A stretch of DNA of 63,855 bases, the filler included, from Octopus bimaculoides (Eukaryota): the NCBI RefSeq assembly GCF_001194135.2. It is 9 parts of 8 records of this genome, joined end to end, with 100 filler letters (N's around TTAATTAATTAA, not from the genome) between each part and the next. Parts side by side here need not be neighbours in the genome. Positions count along the whole stretch, not along the records: positions 32,137 to 52,435 come from NC_068983.1; 8 more parts are not named here. One strand, 5' to 3'. Below the pieces are notes generated by a model. It was given only the letters and a program-made list of their open reading frames with translations, was not told the DNA's origin and did not search any database. Positions 40,520 through 50,652 of the stretch are shown here, piece after piece. The translations under genes and the position numbers were made by a program. The stretch's first letter is position 1, and each line of letters opens with the position of its first letter.

Positions 40520-43189
40520 ATAATAATAATAATAATAATAACATCAAAAAATACCTGGAAGGTATATCAGCTGAAACGTGTTAACAACAAACAAGATGAG
40601 GACAAATAACCGTCGAATGTAAATAATCTCATCGTGCTGTTTAGAAAATGATAATGTAAATAATATAAATATTAAATGTTACTTACTAAAGATGATGTTA
40701 TTCCACACAATGAGGTTCCTTGTGTATCATTTTGTGAAGTGTCATTCGTTATTTCATGGCCTCTGCATTCCTAATAACAATAATTGATTTTAGCAGCAGT
40801 AGAAGAATAGGCTCAAAGAATAAAAAAATGTTTGAAAAACAGGACTGTTCATTCAAATGTAGAATATGCAATGATATAGATAAGACTAAAACTCACATTA
40901 TTTCAAAATGCTTACAGTTGACTTAAATACAAAAGTGTAGGCAATAATTAATTAGAGCTTTTGCAATAGGCCTGGCTTTACATGCACAGAAAAGAGCTAT
41001 AATAATTTTGTGGGTACAGAAATTAAAGTCTTCAAAAACAATTAAGTGAGGCTGTCATGAGACTTTCCTATAAAAAATGAATGGAGAACAGACTACAAGC
41101 GAGATAATGTAGTTGCTGATAAGAAGCTGAAAGTGTTCTTGTTTCCTTTAGTCTCCTTGTTATGCAGGTTCCTTCTACTTAGATCACTTTGCATTTCTTT
41201 ACCTAATGGTCATCTTCTACAAATGTTGGTTTCCAATATATCTGATATCGTTGTTGGTAATATCAATGTTATAGGTGTTGTAGAAGATTCTGCTTGAGTT
41301 GAGATATTACCAACAGGTTTCCACACAGTTTCTACCTAACCAGCTTTCCTTACAAAGCCGTGGTTGCTCCTAGACTATGGTAGCAGTCACTTACTCTAGG
41401 CATTGTGCAGTGACATCAACACCAAAACTGTGTAATAGCAAAGTTAACTTTTTACCTACACAACAATTCTTGCTATCATTTTTGACAAAGGAATGATTAT
41501 CATACCTTCTACTCTATAGTTCTGACATCTATCTTACAGAATTTTAAAATATCTTACAATTCTTAGCTCAGGTTCTGCAGCAATATTTTTATTTTCATAA
41601 ACTCTCAATCCAAACAATAGTAGTAAAGTATAGTTATATACTAAGGTTGATGCTCAACCTGGTGCCAAGTTAGAAGAAATTGATATCACAACTTCAAGTT
41701 CATGAACATGTGCATGCAAATACTTAAGTGCTTAGGTGTGTGTACATACATCTGCAGGCATATATCTGTTTATACTGAAGCTTTTCCATGATAATAATTT
41801 TTTAACTAGACCAGGAACACATAAATCCTAAAATAATTGAACCAGTGAATTACTATTTTTGTAAAATGTAGACGAGTCTATTCCCAATATCAATACAGTA
41901 TATTTTATATAGTGTAGAAATTCATGATGAATTGAATGTATCTAAACTGATTTCTCTTTTTTTTTTTTACAGAATTTTAAATATCAGCATTATTCTTTGT
42001 GTAGCTCATACAAATGGTTCTATCTTTTTTTAGTGCAAAAATATCAGTAAACTTCATCTCCAAAGAATTAAGCAAATAAATTAAAAATACAAAACAAGAG
42101 ATATATGCTGATACACAGTTACATGAAGCAAAAACTAATGTCTTGGGCTATGACCTTCATCAGAAGAAATTTTTTCTCTATTAGCACACCAAGAATACAC
42201 TATCATTACCATACCAACTGTAAAGTGACTACCCTTCTAAACAAGTGGAGCTAAATGTCTAGCAGAGGGACAAGAGGTCTTGCCTACAGTAGGAAAATAC
42301 AAGTGTACTGAGTCTGATAACTTAAACCACCTGAATATTTTGATGATTGATTCTTTGTCCCTATCAGAGATGCAGCAGTGATAAATGTAGTATAGTGGTT
42401 GTAGTGATATTGGAAGTAGAAATGGCAGAGATAGCTGTAGTAATGGTGAAATAGCAAGTGGCAATATGGTAATGGTAACTGCAGCAAGAATATTGAAGGT
42501 GAAGATGGAAATATTTAGTGATAGCAGCAGCAACAGCTACACCAATAATTACATATTCAAAGCTACAATTTCTTCAAGAAATATTTCTGAACCAATAACT
42601 TACCCACCACACACATACACAGAATACTTGACATTGCCCAAGATGAAAAGTAGCTATAAATGCCCCAGAATTGTTCTTAAGGAAGGTTTTTTTTTTACCC
42701 ATGTAATAGAACACACTGTTAGGTATCTCTTAAAACAGTTACCAGCTATGTGAAAAATGAAATTGTTTTCCTCTCCATGTATTAGTCTGGTGTCTATTGC
42801 ACTTTAACACAGATTCATATTCAATATGAATGGTACATTTCATACATGACCTTTAGGTAATTCAATCATATTAAATAAGAATACAGTTTTATCTGAAAGT
42901 AAAAACAGTTTTATTTCATTTGAAATCATTACTCAACACAATATTTTATCTTTTATTCTAGAAAATTTTTATCTTCTATTCTTAAAATAATTTGAAAAAT
43001 GAATAGAAACAGGAGTGCTTGGAGAGGGAGATGAACCACCCACGAGAATAAAATCATTCTTAGAATATGTAGAAGCTGGAGAATCCAGAGGAAACCTACA
43101 CAGTCAAATATTTGAACTGCAATATATGCAATGATAAATAATAATGTTAGGAATTGTGATGAGTCCCAGGTTATATTAGATCTACACCT

Positions 43190-44460
43190 ATCAATTGTGA
43201 ATATTTTTGTTTTAACCATCAGAGGCATAAATAACGGATTTTGGAGGTTTCCTAACTACTGAATATTCTATATATGACTGGCCATGAAAAATGCAGGATT
43301 TCTCAAGGTGCAGTCCAGCAACTGTTAATGTTGTGACCTTGAGATTTATTGATTGACATGGCAAAATTTAGATTTACTGGGAGCTGAAGCCTTCTAAATG
43401 AAAGGGACACATCTACTGGTATGAATGGAATACTAAATATAACTATATCTTCTGCTTTGGTGCACCTAGTGAGAACAATACTTTCAATGACGTGCAGTAC
43501 AAAATTATTAACCATCAGTCATGTGCCATTGCATAATCACAACTTAAATAACTTTCACATTATTGGAGATCCTTTTTGGCTTTTTTTTTTTTTGCTGAAG
43601 TGTGTGTAGCAATAAACTTGAAGGTTCCAAGAAATTTCAAAATTCTATTGGAGAGTGAAATCTTCCTGATCCACATTATCCATTGATTTCCTGGAAGTGC
43701 CTACAACAGTTGCCAGTTAATGCTGTTAACTGGAATACTTTAGGTAAAAATATAAATCTTTCGCACAATCACACGTGTCAGATAATGATGTTGCAAGGTT
43801 AGAGAACACCTTCAATATTAATTCATTTGTGTATTAACCATTGTGTTCATAGGAGCAAAGTCAATTGTGTCAGCATTGTCAAAAGGAAACCTTCGTAATA
43901 AGCTTTGGGCAAACTGACTGGACAGCTTATCTCCAGAAAGATTGAACTTCATGTTTGCAGAAAGTTTGAAGACTTCAACTTTGGTCCTAAGTGATGGCAA
44001 TTTAAGATAAACTTGAATTTTAATGGTATTTGTTCCTTTCAGAACCACTGGCAAAGTCTGGTGGAAGTCACTTAACAATACCACTGTTACTCACCCCCAT
44101 TTAAGATCTACTGGCACACAAGTCGGCAAAGTCCTGTGCAGGGCCTCCAGTGCTATTTTGTGTTCTAATGTGCAGTCATCTTAGGCAATCATTTCTTAAG
44201 AACTTGCCCAGTTCACAAACTCTTTATTATGATCAAGGGCAAATTATAAGATCTATTAAAGGGATAAGAAGGTATAAAAGAGAAGATTTATTATTATTGC
44301 TAGATATTATTAATTTATTAATATTTATGTTAGCAAAGGAAATGCTTGAAAGCAGGACATACAGTCAAGTTTCTGGGAAGGAGTGGTGATGGCAATATCT
44401 GTAAAAGTAGCTGCTATGGCTACACCTTTACATTTATGGTAAACGTGTCGGAGGTGGTGG
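43190..44460 (-). pseudogene. Decayed Helitron RepHel, PIF1-helicase region
   Basis: VLLSDFHQTLPVV (LAGDFRQTLPVI), LSANMK..LSGD...QFAQSLL, VIESIVLTRCTKAEDI..IPFIPVD..FRRLQLPVNLNFAMSINKSQG (FKRLQFPVRLAFAMSINKSQG). Stops and frameshifts; the remnant may extend to ~44860. Confidence 0.85.
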
Positions 44461-45146
44461 GGAGAGATTGGTTTTGATGCAGGTGGTTGAATGAACTATC
44501 TCAAATCATGATATGATAGAAGTTTCTGCAAGAGATAGATTTTGAAGAATTTCATTTAACCTGTGGTAATTGTAAATGATATCAGTCTTCACTATTGCCA
44601 TAAAGAGTTATATCGCAGCATATCGTAGGAACTATATATTTCATTTATATTTGAAAGTGTTGTTTTTATACGTCAGAATGATGTTGCTTTTGTGATGTGA
44701 TTCTCCACTCATGACGACAGCAACCTCCATTGCACTCTGGCGTATTGAAACGGTGTGCATATTTTCTAGAGAGTCTCTTGTTCTCATGAACAATTTGAAA
44801 CTCCAGCATGAGCTCAGAGCATAAAACTTGTCAGAGCTGATCTTTGCTTGATACATCGATTTCTATCTATCCTACGCTTTCTATCTACTATTCTTTCAGT
44901 TTCTCTTTTATCTTGTTCTTTCTTTTTTGTTCACATATTCATAATTTCTTGCACTTGGATTAGATACTGTGCACTCACATTTGCAAAACCATTTGCATCT
45001 TTCTGTCATCTAGCAACTGCATTTATATTTAAAATAACGTCTTCCGTTCCTCTTAAACTTTTAATTGTATAGTGAATTGCTAATAAAATTATATTTCGTC
45101 ATAACTAATTTCAAATGACAACCACAAAATTTGACTTTCCCCTTAA

Positions 45147-45365
45147 CCCTTTAGTATTCAAATCGGCCATGCCAGGCCCAAATATTCTACCTGTTTTATG
45201 TTCCAACTGGCCAGGCCAAGCCTCCCACACCAATCCTACCAAGTCATTCTAAAAATAAACAATTACATCAGTGAAATCTCAAAGCTACAAGATAATGTAT
45301 GATAAATTTTAAATAATTCAAGTATATAAGCATTACAATTGTGATGTAGTCTGAATGCTAAAGAG
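45147..45365. mobile_element. piggyBac-type MITE
   Basis: TTAA|CCCTTTAGTATTCA ... TGAATGCTAAAGAG|TTAA. Confidence 0.75.
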
Positions 45366-46102
45366 TTAAATTAATTTCACAAGGAGTAGTAAGCAGACGT
45401 CGGATTTAAGAAGCACCAACAAGTTGAATTTTCTTCGTTTTGAAGGGGATTTTTCAGATTTTTTTTCACAGTGCCCTTGGAAATGCTTTGGACTATCTTC
45501 TTCGCAAAAAAAAAAAAATTACGAAAAATGATGCCCCCCACCCCCCACTCCGACCGATTTTGTGGACCTACGTACGACGATTATTTTGGGCACTACGCAC
45601 TTAAAAACTACAGAAGCATTTTCGGTTAAAAAAAAGCAAATATTTTCAGACGAAAAGGTGTGTCGTTATGTCTTATCTAATGTTGTCACATACAACTATC
45701 ACGCACACAATCCCAGTTTTCAAATTCAATTTTCTGATTGGGTAAAAATAATCAATCTTTAAATCTCTGTAACATTTTTCTAGAATTTTTCTGGAACAAG
45801 TGAATAATAAAATCAGAGTGAGTGTAAAAAATTACATCAATATACAAGGTTTGACAAGTTTCACTTAATTTTAAAATTTCGAAACCTATGGGTGAAACAG
45901 AAAAGATCCATAGAAAGAGAGGTGGGGGGGGGGAGAAGGAAACAAAAAGGATTTGATAGTAGTGAAGTGGTGATTATATATCAAAGTGAAAGGAGTAATT
46001 ATAGGGATAGTAAGAGAGTTGTTTGTGTGAGTTTCCTGTACAAGCGTACATTGTATAGGAACCAAGCATGTTCGAAGAATTACTTTATTTTCATTTTCAC
46101 AT

Positions 46103-46795
46103 TTGATTCTAGCTAGTTCAACACTAAAAAGAAAAAAAAATTTCACGAACAACGAAAGACAAATTTTAAAAAACATAATCTTAACAACTAATATTATAAA
46201 TGTTGTGTCTGGGGAGTGCCATTCTCTTTCAGTGCCTTATAATTTAACACACTCACCGAAAAGGTTGCAAAACGCAACGAAAATTTTAGAAAAATAAAAA
46301 AGAAATAAGTGGAAATTTTATCGGTGAGTGTGTTAAATTATAAGGCACTAAAAGAGAATAACTGTCCTCGGACAACAGAATATACTTCAACACACGAACT
46401 CACATAAAGAAACTTGCAAACCAAATCCCAAAACGAAATAATATTATAAATATTACTGATGACCAATACAACAAATTTAAACTTTACATGCCTTTTGTCA
46501 TTATACTGCTTGGCTATGTTTTGTTTTATGAGCTAGAAAGTGAAACTGATGAACTCAGCAGCGATCATAATTTGATGGAAACTCGTTCGTGAAACGCTTT
46601 CTGAAACACAAAACGAAGCAAAGCGGATAAACTGTAATGAACCAATGCATTTCATGAATTGCAGCACGTTTCGATGGAAAACTTGCATAAGATTCTTCCT
46701 TATTTTAGTTTCACATCCCATTGCCTCGCCTTATATTGGTGGGCAGCAGTTGACTGCAAACAATACGTTGTTATAGAATAGGTCATTGTCGCTAG
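46103..46795. pseudogene. Possible PIF/Harbinger remnant (Myb/SANT-like start on +, transposase N-terminus on -)
   Basis: + strand KRKKNFTNNERQILKNII resembles a Myb/SANT-like start. - strand SDNDLF...ETKIRKNLMQV...LQFMKCIGSLQ...VSESVSR loosely resembles HARBI1-type T.R....QV..AL.FY.SGSFQ....ISQ.S.SR. Weak similarity. Confidence 0.3.
46221..46359. repeat. 39-bp inverted repeat (1 mismatch) with a 61-nt spacer
   Basis: ATTCTCTTTCAGTGCCTTATAATTTAACACACTCACCGA (46221-46259) versus TCGGTGAGTGTGTTAAATTATAAGGCACTAAAAGAGAAT (46321-46359). Confidence 0.9.
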
Positions 46796-49114
46796 CAGGG
46801 TTTGTAAAAAATTAATTGAAATACATTGGTCCAATTAATTGATTGGAGTCGTACTGCCAGTTAAATAATTGATTGCTATCATATCAATTAATTGCAGTTA
46901 ATTGCAACATTGTCAGTGAAAGTTTTTCAAATGGCTCACTTCATTCAGCGTTCAATTGGCAAATACAACGTTCTATTATTATTTGAGGTATTGTGTTGAC
47001 GCTTTGTTCTGACTGCTGAGAATGATTGATATATTCTGTCGTGTTTGAGAATTGGCTATTGTGTATGTGGTCAAATAATCACTGTCGAGTGATTCTTGGT
47101 TCTGACTGCTGAAAATGATTCACACATTCTGTCTTCAAGTTATTATATCGTAACTTCGCCTGCTCCAATATATTAACTGTATAAGACTTTCATCAGTGGA
47201 GTGGCGAAATATCTTCTATTTTAAACTAACCCATGCCATGTGGAGACTAGCAAATCATCAGAAGATATTTTAACCAAACAGACAGTGAACATGTATGGAA
47301 ATGGAAGTGTGGGAAAAGGTTGATCCAAAAAAAAAGGAACTGGACAGATAAATCTTATGAATCATATAAGAAACCAGCATCCAGAGTATTCTACTACTCA
47401 CCAAGAAGTAGTTTGCTCAGTCGTTCGGCCTTAAATGTTTATGGTTGGATTGAGTAGGTATGTATTGGATCAAAACCTTTTTTTTTTTTTTTTACTGAAG
47501 ACCCTCTGACTCGCAAGTACACAAGCTTGAGAGGTATGACAAATGTGACTTTAAAGAAATACTCAAGAAGTGGAAAAGAACTGATGAACTTCCAAGTAAA
47601 TTTTCATTGGTAATTGACTGCTGGACTAAGGATTCGACGCATTTCAATGAACTTTTTGCATCTTATTCGTGCAATTATTAAAATGACTATTGAACTGTTT
47701 TGCTGGCATTTTCGCCAATGGTAAGTGAAATATCATTCATTGCTTCTAATTATGTCGAATTTATAGAGTATGTGTTAAGTGTCTATAACAAAAATTTAGA
47801 AAATGTAGCTATTACCGGAGATAATACTGGAGTGAACAAATCTATAGCGAATTTCTGTAGAATAACGTTGATTGTTATTCATTCTAGCTGTTTCTGCTTA
47901 TCTCGACAAACAGGAAGTTCTGCTTGATAAAATTAATATGTTGATGGGCAAGCTAAAATCATTAAAACTTGCGGGTAAACCAGGAAAAAACGCCTTTGCA
48001 ACCTCTACAAATAAATAAAAACCCGTTGGTCCAGTACTTATGACATGATTGAGAGGTACATCCAACTCAAGCCGTTTTTCTACTTTTTTCAAGACGATCC
48101 AAAGCTGGTTGATTATCTGTTGCCTCCATGCAATCATAAATGATCTGCAGACTCAAAAAGACAATTTAGGAATGTTACGCTCAGTAACAGTCGCCTTGCA
48201 AAGAACAGAAATAAATTTGGGAGATGTTCGAATTCTTTTTGACGAAATTCTCACATTGTATGGTTATGAGGAATTTTAAAAATATTTGGCTCGATCGGCA
48301 GTCATTGTGCACAGCCCAAATTTGGAAAGTGGAGTTGTGAAAATTTTACAACATGCAGAAGCAGAGCTAACTGCGGATGAAGTAGCTGCTCTACATCAGC
48401 AGAAAGTGGTGACAGACACGTCACAACAGTCTAATTTATCTGTAGTTGATGATTTTGCTTCAATTTGTTTGAAAAAACACGAAAAAGATAAAATTTCACC
48501 TCAGCAATATCTGAACTGTAGATACGTTTTGGGTAAATTTGGGTGTACTTCCCAAAATTTACCAATTGTTGTTACCAACGCCCAACATCTTGGAACATTT
48601 CTTCAGCTCAGCAGGTTACATTTTTAATGGTTTACGGCAATACTCAACACCAATGAATTTAGAAATGCAATTATTTCTAAAAGTCAATCGCGCTTTCTTG
48701 GATGAAGAACTAGTTTCAGAAGTCTGCAATCGTTCATGACCTTTTGCTATATTAGAACATTTTAATTGTACTCCTCCTTTGAGAAACTCTTTCAAGTAAA
48801 GACTTCCAATTTATTTGTTTCTCAACTTATGTACAATCTAGAGTATACACGTTGTTTGTTCCCTATTCTAAATCAATAAAATTGAACTTTGAACGTTTTC
48901 TGATAATAAAGTTTTTTGAAACTATAAGACGTGCCTTTTATTTTCCTATCATTTTGGCTCTTATCTAAATCGAAGCTAACACTCCAAAACAAATGATGTT
49001 TTTACAGTTGGTAAAGTAATTGACAATTAATTGGCCTGTATCCCTATTAAAATTTATTGATTGCTAGAAAAATAATTGATTGGAAAAGTTCCAATCAGTT
49101 ATTTACAACCCTTG
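46796..49114 (+). mobile_element. Full-length, non-functional hAT DNA transposon
   Basis: 8-bp TSD GTCGCTAG (46788-46795) / ATCGCTAG (49115-49122). Imperfect TIRs CAGGGTTTGTAAAAAATTAATTG / CAATCAGTTATTTACAACCCTTG. Repeated subterminal AATTAATTG/AATTGATTG motifs at both ends. Confidence 0.85.
47250..48739 (+). pseudogene. hAT transposase pseudogene
   Basis: BED-finger-like W.KCGK...NLMNHIRNQHPEY, VYGWIE*VC, VIDCWT (first D), LAFSP...TGDNTGVN, RWSSTYDMIERY, and C-terminal PTPNILEHFFSSAG..F..LR....PMNLEMQLFLKVNR. Multiple stops and frameshifts. Confidence 0.85.
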
Positions 49115-49463
49115 ATCGCTAGAACAGCAATAGTTAAATAGTATTTCAGCGATGTATGTATTTTGTGAAATATCGACTACTCTGTACAGATTGACGAAAA
49201 CAGCTTAGACAATTTGTAAAATATCTTCGGCAGTAATAAGTTGTCTAATTCTTACACTTTATTAAGCAAATCAAAATGAAATACATCTAAAGCATTTCAC
49301 AATATAAAGACAAACAAAAAACTAAACTAATTTTACAATAACTATCATATTATATCAGGTTCGTATCATTTTCTTTTCAAATTTTTTCACTTTCCCTCCA
49401 TCTGCGAATTCAGGAGTTTTGCTTTCCGAATCATGAAACAAAATACCGCTAAACTCAATATTA

Positions 49464-50652
49464 AAAGTTCCTGAGGAAAAGCTTAATTTGTGATTTCAAA
49501 AGGATTATATTTTCCTCCAAAGTTACGAGGGAAAAACTCGGATCCTGTGAATCTTGTGAATTTTCCGAAGTCCCCCACCTTTTTTTTATTGCTTTCAGAT
49601 TCGTTTCCTACGTGGGTGTAAAGTAGAAAGATATCCATTTTGGCAAGACTTCCTTTTGTACCCACCAAAAAACACCCCTTTTTTATTTTTGATTTTTTTT
49701 CTACACAANNNNNNNNNNNNNNNNNNNNNNNNNNNNNNNNNNNNNNNNNNNNNNNNNNNNNNNNNNNNNNNNNNNNNNNNNNNNNNNNNNNNNNNNNNNN
49801 NNNNNNNNNNNNNNNNNNNNNNNNNNNNNNNNNNNNNNNNNNNNNNNNNNNNNNNNNNNNNNNNNNNNNNNNNNNNNNNNNNNNNNNNNNNNNNNNNNNN
49901 NNNNNNNNNNNNNNNNNNNNNNNNNNNNNNNNNNNNNNNNNNNNNNNNNNNNNNNNNNNNNNNNNNNNNNNNNNNNNNNNNNNNNNNNNNNNNNNNNNNN
50001 NNNNNNNNNNNNNNNNNNNNNNNNNNNNNNNNNNNNNNNNNNNNNNNNNNNNNNNNNNNNNNNNNNNNNNNNNNNNNNNNNNNNNNNNNNNNNNNNNNNN
50101 NNNNNNNNNNNNNNNNNNNNNNNNNNNNNNNNNNNNNNNNNNNNNNNNNNNNNNNNNNNNNNNNNNNNNNNNNNNNNNNNNNNNNNNNNNNNNNNNNNNN
50201 NNNNNNNNNNNNNNNNNNNNNNNNNNNNNNNNNNNNNNNNNNNNNNNNNNNNNNNNNNNNNNNNNNNNNNNNNNNNNNNNNNNNNNNNNNNNNNNNNNNN
50301 NNNNNNNNNNNNNNNNNNNNNNNNNNNNNNNNNNNNNNNNNNNNNNNNNNNNNNNNNNNNNNNNNNNNNNNNNNNNNNNNNNNNNNNNNNNNNNNNNNNN
50401 NNNNNNNNNNNNNNNNNNNNNNNNNNNNNNNNNNNNNNNNNNNNNNNNNNNNNNNNNNNNNNNNNNNNNNNNNNNNNNNNNNNNNNNNNNNNNNNNNNNN
50501 NNNNNNNNNNNNNNNNNNNNNNNNNNNNNNNNNNNNNNNNNNNNNAAAGTTCCTGAGGAAAAGCTTAATTTGTGATTTCAAAAGGATTATATTTTCCTCC
50601 AAAGTTACGAGGGAAAAACTCGGATCCTGTGAATCTTGTGAATTTTCCGAAA
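49464..50652. repeat. ~105-bp direct duplication flanking an N gap (49464-49569 and 50546-50650)
   Basis: AAAGTTCCTGAGGAAAAGCTTAATTTGTG...GGATCCTGTGAATCTTGTGAATTTTCCGAA is identical on both sides, then the copies diverge. Confidence 0.8.

Larger units (their letters stand above)
39835..40627 (+). mobile_element. 5'-truncated Penelope-like element with inverted 5' pseudo-LTR copy
   Basis: GIY-YIG endonuclease remnant at 40085-40408 (YSIPCSCGRLYKGET..PLKIRVDKHRKAV.RGDIDKSGIADHVW...WDEVKII). Segment 39860-40060 is the reverse complement of the 3' segment 40510-40627. Confidence 0.85.

Noticed and set aside
42140-42180. Third hammerhead-like motif (minus strand CTGATGAAGGTCATAGCCCAAGAC)
   Set aside because: The GAAA box is absent and stem II is marginal; at most a very decayed PLE tail.
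49464-50652. Duplication flanking the gap as a biological direct-repeat element (LTR-like)
   Set aside because: The second copy starts exactly at the gap edge and there are no TG..CA ends or PBS/PPT. It is likely a local tandem repeat or an assembly overlap.
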